The notes: generated from the sequence alone by a model not told the origin. 64,000 nucleotides of DNA from Armatimonadota bacterium (GCA_041690135.1 JAWLHY010000003.1:864001-928000); one strand, 5' to 3'. Positions 1 through 10,097 are shown, numbered from the stretch's first letter. Made by a program: numbers and translations.

Positions 1-1812
1 GAACACGGCCGCCAGGTTGCGATATCCGACCACCCAGAGCAGGGCGACGAGGATCGAAAAGTAGATGAGCGGCTTATACAGCGCGGAGGCGACGCGCAGG
101 AAGCGCTGGTAGGCCGGGTTCTCGTAGGTCGGTAGAAGAGAGAGCACCAGCTGCTTGCGCAGCAGGATGGAAGCCGCCATCAACACCAGGACCAGATGCC
201 CCGCGGCCACCCAGAGGGCCACCACGTCCGGCCGGTAAGCCAGGAACTCCATGGTCATCCAGCCGGCGGCCCAGTAGGCGGTGAACAGCAGCATCCGGTG
301 GAAGGGGCGCTGCAGCCGCTCGGCATTCTCTGCGGCTTCCGCTGTCGCTTCCGTACTTGCGGTAGAGCCGTTGGCCCCGGCGGCTTCCGTCGTTTCCTCG
401 GTTGCGCCTTCTGCCGTTTCTCCCGCGGCAGCTCCTGCATCGGGCGCGACGACAGGCTTTAACTCCAGGTGTGCGGGCAGCAGCCGGTCCAGGAGCCGAT
501 AGGCAATCCAGATGGCGAGCAGGCCCTGTACCAGGATAAAGCCGGGGGAGGTGGTCCCGGCGAACAGTCCCCCCAACGACCACACGATCAGGATCAACAG
601 CGGGACCGCGACGTAGTGGCCGAGCCGGACCAACCAGGGACCCATGGGTAGCCGTTCGGAGCGGAGCTCCGCGTGCTTCCAGAATGCCCTCCAGCGCTCG
701 GGTTGGGCTCGTTCGAGAATCGCCCCACCCACGAGCAGCAGTCCCAGCGCCAGTAATCCCAGCCAGAGCCCCCAGCCCGCCCCGGTCACCCCGTCCAGGG
801 CCGCGTGGGGCTGGCGCGAAAACTGGCGAAGCTGGGTGGTAGCGTCCTGGTAGGCCTGTCCGGGAGTGGTCTGGTCGAAACCGAGCGGGCTGCGCTCGAA
901 CAAGTTTCTCCAGGTCGCCAGCACGGCCCGGGCCGTCAAGGGTGCGGGCGCGGGGCTGCGCTCGGCGGCCCCGCCGCCAGATTGCGAGCCGCTTTTCGGC
1001 GCGGCTGCGGCGGTGTTGCGACCGGACCCACCGGCACGAGGAGTCGCGGAACCGGTGGGAGCCGTGGTTCTGGCACCCGATGCGGAGCCTTCGGTGCGAT
1101 TGGATCCGGCCGGTGAGCCGGCTTCCGCACCCACCGCGCCCGCGGTGGCCGTTTCCCCCGCATCTCGCCCGTTTCCGGTCGGGCTGTTTCCGGCCGGAAG
1201 CGCGCCGGCTTCTTCGGCTGCGACTCCCGCGGACCCGGCTGCCCCCGCCGCTCCCGCACCCTCGGACGTCCCCGGCGCTTCGCCCGGTGCTCCGGGAGTA
1301 TTCTCGGAGGCGGCCGGCGGCTGGTTCTCGCCAGGAGAGCCCGCACCCGGGTTGGGCACGCCCGCAGCGGACCCCGCGGGGGCAGCCGGGGCACCGTTCT
1401 GTGGATCGGCGGGAGGGCGCGAGCCCGGGGTACCGGGTTCGGAAGGGCCGGGACCGGCGGCCGCCTTCTGAAGGGAAGGGGACCCGGATTTGCCGGTCGC
1501 CGGTGCCTCCGATTTCGCGCGCGTGTCGTCCGGCGCGGTTGTCTCCCGCTGGCCGCTCCCCTCTGCCCGGTTTCGGGGACCGGCACCTTCCCCCCGGCTC
1601 CGGGGACCGGCACCTTCTCCCCGACCCCGGCGACCCTCGCGGTTGCCCGTGCGCTTCGGGGTCTCCGCGGGGGCGCCGACCTCTGATCCGGCGGGAGCCG
1701 TTCCGGTGACCGCTGGCGCGGGCGCCTGGGCGAACGCGGCCGGAAAAGTGGCGGAGAGCGGGCCGGCCAGGAAGGCCGCGCAGAGAATTAACAGGCGGAG
1801 GGACGAGCGCAT
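1..1812 (-). CDS. Large membrane protein, running off the window's left edge (C-terminus not seen): signal peptide, long Ala/Gly/Pro-rich linker, multiple TM helices; possibly MscS-family channel
   Basis: Manual translation of a frame absent from the ORF track: MRSSLRLLILCAAFLAGPLSATFPAAFAQ...GWGLWLGLLALGLLLVGG...LWVVGYRNLAAVF, open to the window edge. MscS is inferred from architecture only. Confidence 0.7.
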   Translation of the reverse strand, partial: MRSSLRLLILCAAFLAGPLSATFPAAFAQAPAPAVTGTAPAGSEVGAPAETPKRTGNREGRRGRGEGAGPRSRGEGAGPRNRAEGSGQRETTAPDDTRAKSEAPATGKSGSPSLQKAAAGPGPSEPGTPGSRPPADPQNGAPAAPAGSAAGVPNPGAGSPGENQPPAASENTPGAPGEAPGTSEGAGAAGAAGSAGVAAEEAGALPAGNSPTGNGRDAGETATAGAVGAEAGSPAGSNRTEGSASGARTTAPTGSATPRAGGSGRNTAAAAPKSGSQSGGGAAERSPAPAPLTARAVLATWRNLFERSPLGFDQTTPGQAYQDATTQLRQFSRQPHAALDGVTGAGWGLWLGLLALGLLLVGGAILERAQPERWRAFWKHAELRSERLPMGPWLVRLGHYVAVPLLILIVWSLGGLFAGTTSPGFILVQGLLAIWIAYRLLDRLLPAHLELKPVVAPDAGAAAGETAEGATEETTEAAGANGSTASTEATAEAAENAERLQRPFHRMLLFTAYWAAGWMTMEFLAYRPDVVALWVAAGHLVLVLMAASILLRKQLVLSLLPTYENPAYQRFLRVASALYKPLIYFSILVALLWVVGYRNLAAVF

Positions 1813-2222
1813 AGGTTTTCGTATGTAAGGAGCGCGCTACAGGGAGTGTGGAAGAAACTGAGTAGGTACGATGAACCCAAAGGGAGGCCGACACCCCACC
1901 CACTGCGTGGGTACCCGGCGCCGTCACTCCGGCAAGCCTCGCTGACCTGCGTGAAGAAACAGGTTCCCGCCGAGCAGTCAAGAACTGTTCAGATCCTTCC
2001 CCCAATCCCCTAGGCGGATACATGGGCAGAGACGGTGCGACTCCGAGCCCTCTCCGGAGCTCTCACTGCCTGGGTAGAGTCTACACCGTCTCTGGAACGA
2101 TTCGGATCTGGAACCGTCCGCATCCGCTAAGGTTTCGGAAAGCGGGTTCGGAGTGGACGCGGCCTTTTCGGGCAAAGCAAGATTGCCTGCGGCAACGCCC
2201 CCTGGTAAACGATACGAATCTT

Positions 2223-2633
2223 CTACTCTTTTTTGCGCCGGCCGAAGGCGGCGGGGGATTTCCGGCCGAAACGCGCCTTTTTGCGGAGTTGCTCCATCCG
2301 CTGGACGTCCTTGTCGGTTCCGTCCTGCCGGATGACTTCGATCGCGGCGGCATTGCTGGAGTCGAGCGCAATGAGACCCCAGGCACTGGCCATGCGCTCT
2401 TCGTGATCGTCCGACTCCAGGTGTTCGGCCCAGTACCTCCGGCACATCCGGTTGTAGGCCTCCACGGCTTCAGAGAAGGAGTCGCTCCGCAACTCGACTT
2501 CCCCATCCTTCAACAAGTAGAAGTGGCCATCGTCCGGCACGGCCTCGGTGTTGGCTTCCAACGAGAAGTCGGCGCCTTCAATCTGGCGCCGGTAGCGGGT
2601 TTGGGGCGCCAGTTCGGACGTGGTCGTTTGCAT
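2223..2633 (-). CDS. Hypothetical protein
   Basis: ORF with globular composition; GGAGGT Shine-Dalgarno 9 nt upstream of the ATG at 2633. Confidence 0.75.
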   Translation of the reverse strand: MQTTTSELAPQTRYRRQIEGADFSLEANTEAVPDDGHFYLLKDGEVELRSDSFSEAVEAYNRMCRRYWAEHLESDDHEERMASAWGLIALDSSNAAAIEVIRQDGTDKDVQRMEQLRKKARFGRKSPAAFGRRKKE

Positions 2634-2829
2634 CGTATCCATACCTCCCAGGGGCATCTTACCGGTCGAGGCGACCGATGTCGGGCGCCGGGTGTGACCC
2701 GGCTCACACGCCGGCCGGCCGGTGGCGCCCTAGCGGGAAAGGGAATCCAAAAAGAACCCCGCCCCCGGTAGTGGGGAACGGGGCAGGAAGGGACCTCAGG
2801 AGGGTCAGGAGGTCAGGAGGATCCGAACG

Positions 2830-3228
2830 TCAGGAAGGGCGCACCTGTCCGGCACGCGCTTCCTCCAGGCTGGCGTAGGCCCGCAGGCATTGCCCCAGCC
2901 GCAGCAAGTTGAAAATTCGTTCTACCGGACTGCCTGGTTGCAGCACCAGCCGCAGTTCCCGGTTGGCAGTCTGCAATTCGCGTGACAACCGGAGGAGAGC
3001 CCGTACCCCGTCGCTATCCAGAAACTCGGCGGCACTCAGGTCCAGCACGACACAGCGGCAATTCAGGCTCAGGCGCTGGATACGCTCCGCGAGTTGCTCC
3101 GCTCCGTTAAGGTCGAGAGGCTCGGTGACACAGAGGAGCCCCAGGTGCCCCGATCCGGTGGGGCAGAGGGCATTGGCCACGGGCGCCGCGCTGTTGGAAG
3201 CGGCGGCATCGAGAGTTGTAAAAGACAT
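2830..3228 (-). CDS. STAS-domain anti-sigma factor antagonist
   Basis: VVLDLSAAEFLDSDGVRALL...VERIFNLLRL STAS motif with the conserved DS phosphoacceptor. Confidence 0.9.
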   Translation of the reverse strand: MSFTTLDAAASNSAAPVANALCPTGSGHLGLLCVTEPLDLNGAEQLAERIQRLSLNCRCVVLDLSAAEFLDSDGVRALLRLSRELQTANRELRLVLQPGSPVERIFNLLRLGQCLRAYASLEEARAGQVRPS

Positions 3229-3269
3229 CAACATCTCCCTGCAAAAGACAAGAGCCCGGGACGGCCTGC

Positions 3270-3298
3270 AACAATAAAAGCCACGCAGTTGCGTGGCT
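3270..3298 (-). terminator. Intrinsic terminator, likely the riboswitch expression platform
   Basis: Minus strand AGCCACGCA-AC-TGCGTGGCT followed by TTTATTGTT, between the riboswitch and the STAS gene. Confidence 0.8.
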
Positions 3299-3367
3299 CT
3301 CCGGGTCACAGGAACGACGGCCGCCTTCCTCGGCAGCCTTGCGGGATCCTGCGTACTCTTCGCGCCA

Positions 3368-3479
3368 CGCCGACGAGGTTAGCTGACGGGCTCGGGCCGG
3401 AAGAGTCTGGCCCGTTCCAGGCAAGCCTGGAATTCGCCCCAACGACTTGGGTCCCCCGTTCCCCCAGTGGGATTAGGCG
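3368..3479 (-). ncRNA. Cyclic di-AMP riboswitch (ydaO/yuaA class)
   Basis: Minus strand CGCCTAATCCC...GGAACGGGGGACCCA...TTGGGGCGAAT...CCCGAGCCCGTCAGCTAACCTCGTCGGCG matches the conserved blocks of the ydaO aptamer. Confidence 0.85.
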
Positions 3480-3595
3480 TTCTGTTATGGGGTCTCCGGG
3501 CGTTTTCACTTCATGCGACGCCCGGCTTGTCCCTACGTTATAAGTCTACCCTCCCCGGTTGTACACCGGTTCCCCCTTCGTGACTCCCGTCACAA

Positions 3596-3991
3596 CTAGG
3601 ACGCATTCGGCACGCGAGCCGGGCGGGCAGAAAGGACTTTTTCCACGTGCCGCAGCACATCGGCCGTGGCGTACGGTTTGGTGAAGAAGCCGGCCAGATT
3701 GAACTGGCGAGCCTGATCGAAGTCCTCGCGAGCGCTTTTGGCGGTAAAGATTACGATCGGGATGCCGCGCAGGTCGGGATTCTCGGCCATGAAGCGGCAC
3801 ACGGCCCAACCATCCGCCCTCGGCATCATGATATCCAGCAGGAGCAAATCCGGCGATTCTTGCTGGATCGCCTCGATGGCCTCTTGCCCGTCGAACGCCT
3901 GCCGCACGCGATAACCGGCACGCGTGAGGTTGTACTGGAGAATTTCGTTCAACTCCTCATCATCTTCCACGACCATGATGGTAGCGGGCAT
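3596..3991 (-). CDS. Single-domain response regulator (receiver only)
   Basis: IMVVEDD, LLLLDIMMP, FTAK and FTKPY receiver motifs. Confidence 0.95.
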   Translation of the reverse strand: MPATIMVVEDDEELNEILQYNLTRAGYRVRQAFDGQEAIEAIQQESPDLLLLDIMMPRADGWAVCRFMAENPDLRGIPIVIFTAKSAREDFDQARQFNLAGFFTKPYATADVLRHVEKVLSARPARVPNAS

Positions 3992-4119
3992 GGCTTACTC
4001 CCTGTCATTCCGTTGTCTGCTTGAAGGTGATACGTTCTGCCGGTTGGGGAAGGTTTGCCCTGGATTTCCCCGAGGTGAAACCCGAACTTTCCAGCCCACT
4101 CTTCCCGGTAGGTAGCTCC

Positions 4120-5637
4120 TTATGCGAGAGTTTTCGAGAGCTTCTTCTCTTCTTCGCGAGACGGCTCCGGGCTTGCTCCCGGTGGCATGGCTCCCGTTGT
4201 TGATTGTTTCAGAGGCAACCGCAGGACGAACCGGGTACCGCGATCGATCTCGCTCTCCACGTGAATCGTCCCCTGGTGGGCTTTAATAATTTGCTCCACG
4301 ATGGAAAGCCCCAGTCCGGTTCCCCCGCCGCTGCGAGAACGCGACGCATCCACCCGGTAGAAGCGCTCGAAGAGGTGGGGTAGGTGGTCGGCGGGGATCC
4401 CTTCGCCGGTATCTTCCACCACGGCTTCCAGGCCCTGGGCGACTCCGTGGATCGATGCGGACACGGATCCCCCGCGGGGAGTGTGGCGCACGGCGTTATC
4501 GATCAGGTTGATGAACACTTGCTCCAGGCGGTCCCGATCTCCCTCCAACAGGGGCAGGCCCGGTTCCACCCGGACCACGAGGTCCACGCCCCGTTCGGCA
4601 GCCCCATTCGCGCAGGTCTGCGTGACTTCCGAAAGCACGGCTCCCAGATCCACCGGGGCAAACCGGCTGACGAGGTTACCGCTCTCGATCTGCGCGAGGT
4701 CGAGCAATTGGGTCGCCAGGCGCGCCAGTCGTTCCGTCTGGGAGATGATCCGCGGCAGGTAGCGGCGGCGCAGCTCCGGGTCCGCTTCCCCGTGCTGCTG
4801 GATGGTTTCGGCCATGCCCCGGATGGCGGCCAGGGGCGTGCGAAGCTCGTGCGAGACGTTGGAGACGTATTGGCGGCGGAGGCCTTCCAGCATCTGCAGG
4901 CGCTCGGCCATCCGATTCAGGGTGTTCCCCAGGTGGGTGATCTCGTCCGTGCCCTGCACTTTCACCCGGTGGGAGAGGTTCCCCGCCGCCAGTTCCTGGG
5001 CGCTCTCGTCGAGTTGCTCCACCGGGCTCACGATGGTGCCGGCCAGCCAGACCGTTATCAGAACAATCAGAACCGCGTAACCGAGGACGCTGAGCATGAA
5101 CGTGAGCCGGATCCGTCCCACGTTCTGCTGGATCTGGGCCAGGCTGTACGCCACCCGCACGACGCCGAGTACGGGGCCGTCCTCGGTATCCCGCACCGGG
5201 TAATTGACGTACATCGTGTCTTCGTAGCCGAAGTTCGGGCTCTTCCAGGTGGTGGAGTTCATCTGGCCGAGGAGAGCCTCCCGCATGCCGGGGCGCTTTT
5301 CGTCGTCCACGGTTTCGTTCACCTGGTCCGTGAAGGTGGCGGCCCGGATGCGGCCGGTACCGTCCGCGACGGTGACGCGCATATCGGAGTACTGCCGCCA
5401 GCCATCCACAATGCGGCGAAGGGCCGCCGGATCATCGGGGGTGGTGGGGGAAAGGGTCGGGGCCACGGCGTGGGCCACGACCTTCGCCTTTGACTCCAGC
5501 TCCTTACGAAGTTCCTCGGTGTAAAACCCCCACAACCGGGAAGCGAGGACCGAGGCAAACAGGATGAGGGGGATACCGACGGCCACCAGACTGCCGACGA
5601 TCAATCTCCAGCGGATAGTGTGCAGCACAGCGCGCAA
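4120..5637 (-). CDS. Membrane sensor histidine kinase (HAMP-HisKA-HATPase)
   Basis: Two TM helices, HAMP, SHELRTPL H-box, NLIDNA, DTGEGI and GGTGLGL boxes. Confidence 0.95.
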   Translation of the reverse strand: MRAVLHTIRWRLIVGSLVAVGIPLILFASVLASRLWGFYTEELRKELESKAKVVAHAVAPTLSPTTPDDPAALRRIVDGWRQYSDMRVTVADGTGRIRAATFTDQVNETVDDEKRPGMREALLGQMNSTTWKSPNFGYEDTMYVNYPVRDTEDGPVLGVVRVAYSLAQIQQNVGRIRLTFMLSVLGYAVLIVLITVWLAGTIVSPVEQLDESAQELAAGNLSHRVKVQGTDEITHLGNTLNRMAERLQMLEGLRRQYVSNVSHELRTPLAAIRGMAETIQQHGEADPELRRRYLPRIISQTERLARLATQLLDLAQIESGNLVSRFAPVDLGAVLSEVTQTCANGAAERGVDLVVRVEPGLPLLEGDRDRLEQVFINLIDNAVRHTPRGGSVSASIHGVAQGLEAVVEDTGEGIPADHLPHLFERFYRVDASRSRSGGGTGLGLSIVEQIIKAHQGTIHVESEIDRGTRFVLRLPLKQSTTGAMPPGASPEPSREEEKKLSKTLA

Positions 5638-5769
5638 GGTTTAGCTCGATAAGTATGTGGAGCGACCGGCAATGGTGAACCGGACGGTGGGAGCGCGGCG
5701 CCCGGCCGACGCGCATGCCGGGGCCTACAGGGTTTTCCTACGGTACAAGCGTACATAAACGTGAAAAAA

Positions 5770-7161
5770 CTAGACGCCAGGCTTGAGGAATGAATGTGGC
5801 GGAACGGCCGACCGCTTCGTTGCCCGAAATGTCGTTCCGGTGCGAGTTGCCTGTTGAGGAAGTTCCGTCAGCAGTTGCTGGATCTTCCGGCGCGCCTCGG
5901 CCAGTTCCATGGGATGCTGTATGCGCTCTTCCACGCTGTGCTGGAGCCAGATGACCTGCTGCCGGAGCACCGCACGCCGGGATGGAGCCGAAACTCCCGC
6001 GGCTACCGCGGAGAGACAGTCGAGCATGGCGAGGACCACCGTTACGTCTCCGGCTCCGTAGTGGCGGATCGGCTGGAGCGCCAGGGCGACCATCTGCTCG
6101 AAGTCCGTTCCGCGGGCGACGATCCGGAGTTGTCCGGCGTCATCGACGCGGTAGCGCGTGGGGATCTCCCGGGAGCCGATCTGCCGCAGGATGCCGCGCA
6201 GGAAGTCCACGCAGGTAATGGCGGTGCGGGGGTCATTGACGCCCGGAGAGAGCGCTTTCACGGCGATGTCGACGATCTGAATCACGCCGAATTCCGGGTC
6301 CTGATCGATCGTGCGGCTCCGGTCGAGCGCGAAGCAATCGCGGAGGCTCTTGCATACCTCTTCGGTGACCCGATCCGCGGGCCAGATCCGCGCCAGGGGC
6401 GTGCCGCAGGCGGCGAACCCGCCCACGCCGCACTCCATCCGCAGCAAGAGATCGTGCTCCTCGCACAGGCGCATCATCCTCTCGGTATCGACCGACCGGA
6501 GGTAGCCGTCGCGGAGGGCAGGCAGCGGGCGGGCGGTCTCGGTGGGGGGAAGATCGGCTTCGCGAAGGTGCGACGGCTCGTCGTGCCCCAGGGGCCGTGG
6601 GAAGAGGCGGTCGATGGCCGCACGGGTCTCCCCCACCAACTCCGCCACCACGCAACCGACCTGAATGGAGACGGTGATGTGGTGGATGAAGTAGATCAAC
6701 ATCCCGAGACTCACCACCGCCAGGAACACACCGCCGGTGACGCCGTAGTGTGGGACGAACATGTCGTAGCCGTCTCCCTGGACCGTCCGCAGCACCAGCA
6801 GGCAATAGGTGAAGGTGGCCAGGAAGGTGCCGAGAACCACGTGGTTGCCGCGGTCGGCCGCGAACTGACGGAGGATGCGGGGAGTGAACTGCTGGGAGGC
6901 GAGCGTGAGCGCGACGACGGTGACCGAGAAGACTACGCCGGCTACGGTCACCATCGACGTGGCGATGGCGGAGAGAACGCCGCGGGCGCCGTCCGGCCCG
7001 CCACCGAACACAAGCCATTCCCACCCCGCGCTGGGCTGGAACTGCTGGTCCAGCCATACTACTCCCAGCGCCGCGGCTGCGGCCGCCAGCGTGCACAGCG
7101 TGGGCACGAACCAGAAGCTGCTGGTCACGTTCTGCCAGAGGAGTGCTGCCCGTCGTATCAT
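5770..7161 (-). CDS. DUF2254 family membrane protein
   Basis: SFWFVP, LASQQFTPR, QDPEFG and IAVKALSPGVNDPRTA motifs. Confidence 0.9.
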   Translation of the reverse strand: MIRRAALLWQNVTSSFWFVPTLCTLAAAAAALGVVWLDQQFQPSAGWEWLVFGGGPDGARGVLSAIATSMVTVAGVVFSVTVVALTLASQQFTPRILRQFAADRGNHVVLGTFLATFTYCLLVLRTVQGDGYDMFVPHYGVTGGVFLAVVSLGMLIYFIHHITVSIQVGCVVAELVGETRAAIDRLFPRPLGHDEPSHLREADLPPTETARPLPALRDGYLRSVDTERMMRLCEEHDLLLRMECGVGGFAACGTPLARIWPADRVTEEVCKSLRDCFALDRSRTIDQDPEFGVIQIVDIAVKALSPGVNDPRTAITCVDFLRGILRQIGSREIPTRYRVDDAGQLRIVARGTDFEQMVALALQPIRHYGAGDVTVVLAMLDCLSAVAAGVSAPSRRAVLRQQVIWLQHSVEERIQHPMELAEARRKIQQLLTELPQQATRTGTTFRATKRSAVPPHSFLKPGV

Positions 7162-7191
7162 CGTGCGGGTAATACCCCGCAGACGCCCGCG

Positions 7192-8823
7192 CTAACTGCC
7201 GGGGGAGCGCAGACGGCGCGTATGTCCCGTAGCCGTGGTGTCCGTGCCCAGGAGGGAGCGAACCACGAGATCGATGCGGGGGTGGACGTACTTCCGGAGT
7301 GTCTCCTGAAGGATCTCCACCTGCCGCGGCTGGAGTTGGCTGGGAGTGCGGGCGGTGGCCAGCACGAAGAGGCGGTTCCCCCGCTCTTCCAACTGAAGCT
7401 CCGCGAGGTAAGCGCCGTCCACCTGGAGGCGAAGCTGGTTATCCAGCGCGGCCTCCAGCCGTTTCCTCCGCCGCAGTTCTCGGTCCGAGAGGCGGGGCGC
7501 TTCTTTCACCGGCTCGTACAGATAGCGGTCGGCATCCGCGTCACGAGTGAGGATGGAGCGGATCACCAGCCGGATGCGCAGCCCCGTCTCGCGCCGGAGC
7601 GCCTCCTGAATACGCGCCACGTCGGCCGGACTGATGGCCGTGGGGGTGCGGACCAGGGCTGTCATTCCCTCTTCGGCGCCGCCATCCGAGGGGGGATCCC
7701 GGCGCAGGTCCGCGAGTTGCGCGCCCGGGAGACCCCGGAGCTCGTCCTGGATCGTGCGCGTGGCCTGGGTGAGGAACGCCGTCTGGGCCTGGGCTTCCTC
7801 CCGCCGGCGCCGTTCCGAGTCGGTGATGAAGACCGGTCCGGTGCGGTCCGCGTCCCGCGAGATGAGCGAGCGCACCACGAGGTGGATCCGGGGATCGACC
7901 CGGTCGCGCAGGTTCTCTTCCATCTGCAGGACCTGCTCCGGCTCGAAGGCTTGCGGGGTGAGCACGGCGGCGATCACATCCAGGCCGGTCGCCCCCCGGA
8001 GCATGCGTACCTCGGAAAGGTGTGCTCCCGCGATCGCCTGCACCTGTTGGTCGAGATTGCGCTCGATGGCCGCCGTCACTCGCCGGTTGGAGATGATGCG
8101 GACCAGCGACTCGGTCATGAACCCGGAAACCACGACCAGTAGCAGCAGACTGAGCCGGAAACGCTGGAATACCCACGCGTAAAGGGAGATGCCCGGTTGG
8201 GGGACCTCCGCCAGGCCCGCCAGGGTGAAGACCAGCGCCGCGGCGATTTCGATGGCCAGGAAGTTGGCGAAGAAGAGCAGGAAGGCCCCCCAGGCCATCT
8301 GCCACTCCCCGGCCGAGAGGCAGAGGCCGCTGGTAGCGAGCGGCGGTACCAGGGCCGTGGCAATGGCGACGCCGGGCATGGCGGGGCTGATCTTCCGGTT
8401 GGTGAGCGCGTACGCGCCCGCCAGGCCGGACAGGATGGCGATCAGTACGTCGTAGATGGTGGGCTGGGTGCGGCCCAGGATCTCGGAGCCGAACTCGGGG
8501 CGCAGCGGCAGCCGGCCGATCAGGAATCCGAGGCCGAGGGCCAGCAGCACTCCCAGGACCTCCGCCATGCCGGCCCGGCCGAGCAGGCGACGCTCCCCTG
8601 TGCAGAGGGCGAGGGCGATGCCGAAGATGGGCCCCATCAGCGGGGCGATGAGCATGGCGCCGATGACCACCGCCGTGCTGTTGGCCAGCAGACCGAAGGC
8701 GGCGATGGAGGTGGAGAGGAGCACCAGCAGATAGAAGGAGCGGTTGGGGCTCGCCAGGTCCACAAGACCCTGGTAGACCTGCTCCCGTTCTTCTCCCTCC
8801 AGCCTGAAAGAAACCGCCTTCAT
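7192..8823 (-). CDS. DUF389 / TIGR00341 family hydrophobic protein with repeated C-terminal domains
   Basis: NSTAVVIGAMLIAPLMGPI, EILGRTQPT, PGVAIATALVPPL. Confidence 0.9.
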   Translation of the reverse strand: MKAVSFRLEGEEREQVYQGLVDLASPNRSFYLLVLLSTSIAAFGLLANSTAVVIGAMLIAPLMGPIFGIALALCTGERRLLGRAGMAEVLGVLLALGLGFLIGRLPLRPEFGSEILGRTQPTIYDVLIAILSGLAGAYALTNRKISPAMPGVAIATALVPPLATSGLCLSAGEWQMAWGAFLLFFANFLAIEIAAALVFTLAGLAEVPQPGISLYAWVFQRFRLSLLLLVVVSGFMTESLVRIISNRRVTAAIERNLDQQVQAIAGAHLSEVRMLRGATGLDVIAAVLTPQAFEPEQVLQMEENLRDRVDPRIHLVVRSLISRDADRTGPVFITDSERRRREEAQAQTAFLTQATRTIQDELRGLPGAQLADLRRDPPSDGGAEEGMTALVRTPTAISPADVARIQEALRRETGLRIRLVIRSILTRDADADRYLYEPVKEAPRLSDRELRRRKRLEAALDNQLRLQVDGAYLAELQLEERGNRLFVLATARTPSQLQPRQVEILQETLRKYVHPRIDLVVRSLLGTDTTATGHTRRLRSPGS

Positions 8824-8897
8824 TCCCTATCCTCTGGTGCGATGGTGCGAGAGTTCCCGACCCTGAACGGTCGGGCTTTAGTAAAGCACGCTGCCAC

Positions 8898-8916
8898 ACC
8901 CCCTCGGGGCGCAAGC
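8898..8916. repeat. 19-nt palindromic micro-insertion (CCCCTCGGGG core), dispersed copy
   Basis: ACCCCCTCGGGGCGCAAGC; 17/19 identical to the copy at 17189-17207. Confidence 0.65.
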
Positions 8917-9258
8917 CTCCGTGGGCGCCCGGTCCGCGTACAAAGCGCCGACAGAATCACAGGACGAAGCGTGCGGGCAATAGGCGCGGAAGTATACGCG
9001 CCTAGCCGAAAATGGGGAGCCCCAAAGTGTACTCTGGAAGCAGTCCTGTCGCATCCCAGGCAACACAGCACGCGAGCCACTCCTTTTAGAGATCGGCATT
9101 AACGCACCTTCGGTTTGTACTTTGCGGGCGGGTCTCCCTCCCCGGACTGTTGGAACCGGGCGGATCTGGGTAACCGGCGACTGGGCTGAGGACCACTGCG
9201 AGGCGAGGGTTCACGGTCGAAGGAGAGCAAGTTGATGGAAGAACGAAGAGAGCGAGAG

Positions 9259-9849
9259 ATGATCGACCGGGATGAATACGGTACCGTGGAGGATGCGGGG
9301 CGCAAGGGTGGGGCGGTAGCGGCGGGAACAGCGCCCGCCCATCCGCGGGCGCTGCCGGAGGTGTGGCCTTACGCCCTGAACTGGAAGAGCGCCTTTGCCG
9401 CGGGCTTCCTCGCCACGGCAGCGCTCACCCTGATCCTCTACTTCCTGCCACCCCTGTTCGGTTACCCGCCGATGAACGTGGCGCAGCAGTTGGGCTCCTT
9501 CATCGCGTTGGAGACCCGCAATATCTTCTGGGCCGGGATGCTGTGGCACCTCGCCAACGGCATTTTCTTCACGGTCGTTTACGCCTGGGTCCTGTTAAAG
9601 GCCCGCACGCAGAGTGACGCGAAGACGGGCGCTGTGTTCGGGGCGGTGGTCTGGCTTCTGGCGATGATCCTGATGCCGGTCATGATGGCGTTCCATCCGC
9701 AGGTGCGAGCCGGCGTGATGGCGAACCCCGGCTTCTTCCTGCGCGGTCTCGATCCCGGGCTCGGCCTGGCGATGCTGGACCTGTTCGCTCACCTGGTGTT
9801 CGGCATTCTCGCCGGTGTGATCTACAAGCACCGCGAAGCCTGTGAGTGA
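9259..9849 (+). CDS. Hypothetical multi-pass membrane protein
   Basis: About 4 hydrophobic helices; GMLWHLANG and HLVFG His motifs. Confidence 0.8.
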   Translation: MIDRDEYGTVEDAGRKGGAVAAGTAPAHPRALPEVWPYALNWKSAFAAGFLATAALTLILYFLPPLFGYPPMNVAQQLGSFIALETRNIFWAGMLWHLANGIFFTVVYAWVLLKARTQSDAKTGAVFGAVVWLLAMILMPVMMAFHPQVRAGVMANPGFFLRGLDPGLGLAMLDLFAHLVFGILAGVIYKHREACE

Positions 9850-10097
9850 AGACAGGAACGGATAAGGACCGAGGGGGCAAAGGTAAGAATTTTTACAATT
9901 AGGGGCGGGATGAAGACCGAGGGATGAGGAGGGATAGAGACAAAGCTGGTCCGACTTGGGTGCGGTTGAGAGTCGGATTAGAGACAGAGCATCACCATGC
10001 AATCGCATCCTGATTGAGGGTTGTGCGTTGAGAAAGGGAGATCCGGGGCCGGGCATGTTACCATGACCCGGTTCAGCCCTTCCAACGGAGCCCTGTG

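Noticed and set aside
1573-1624. 27-bp-period direct repeat
   Set aside because: A simple duplication (GEGAGPR) within a low-complexity protein linker.
74-2023. 649-aa minus-strand ORF
   Set aside because: Arg-rich shadow frame; a different minus frame (ATG 1812) gives a signal peptide and TM helices.
5794-8142. Long antisense ORFs (782 aa here; also 44523-46778, 51077-52996, 59859-62705)
   Set aside because: Typical high-GC antisense shadows of well-supported genes on the other strand.
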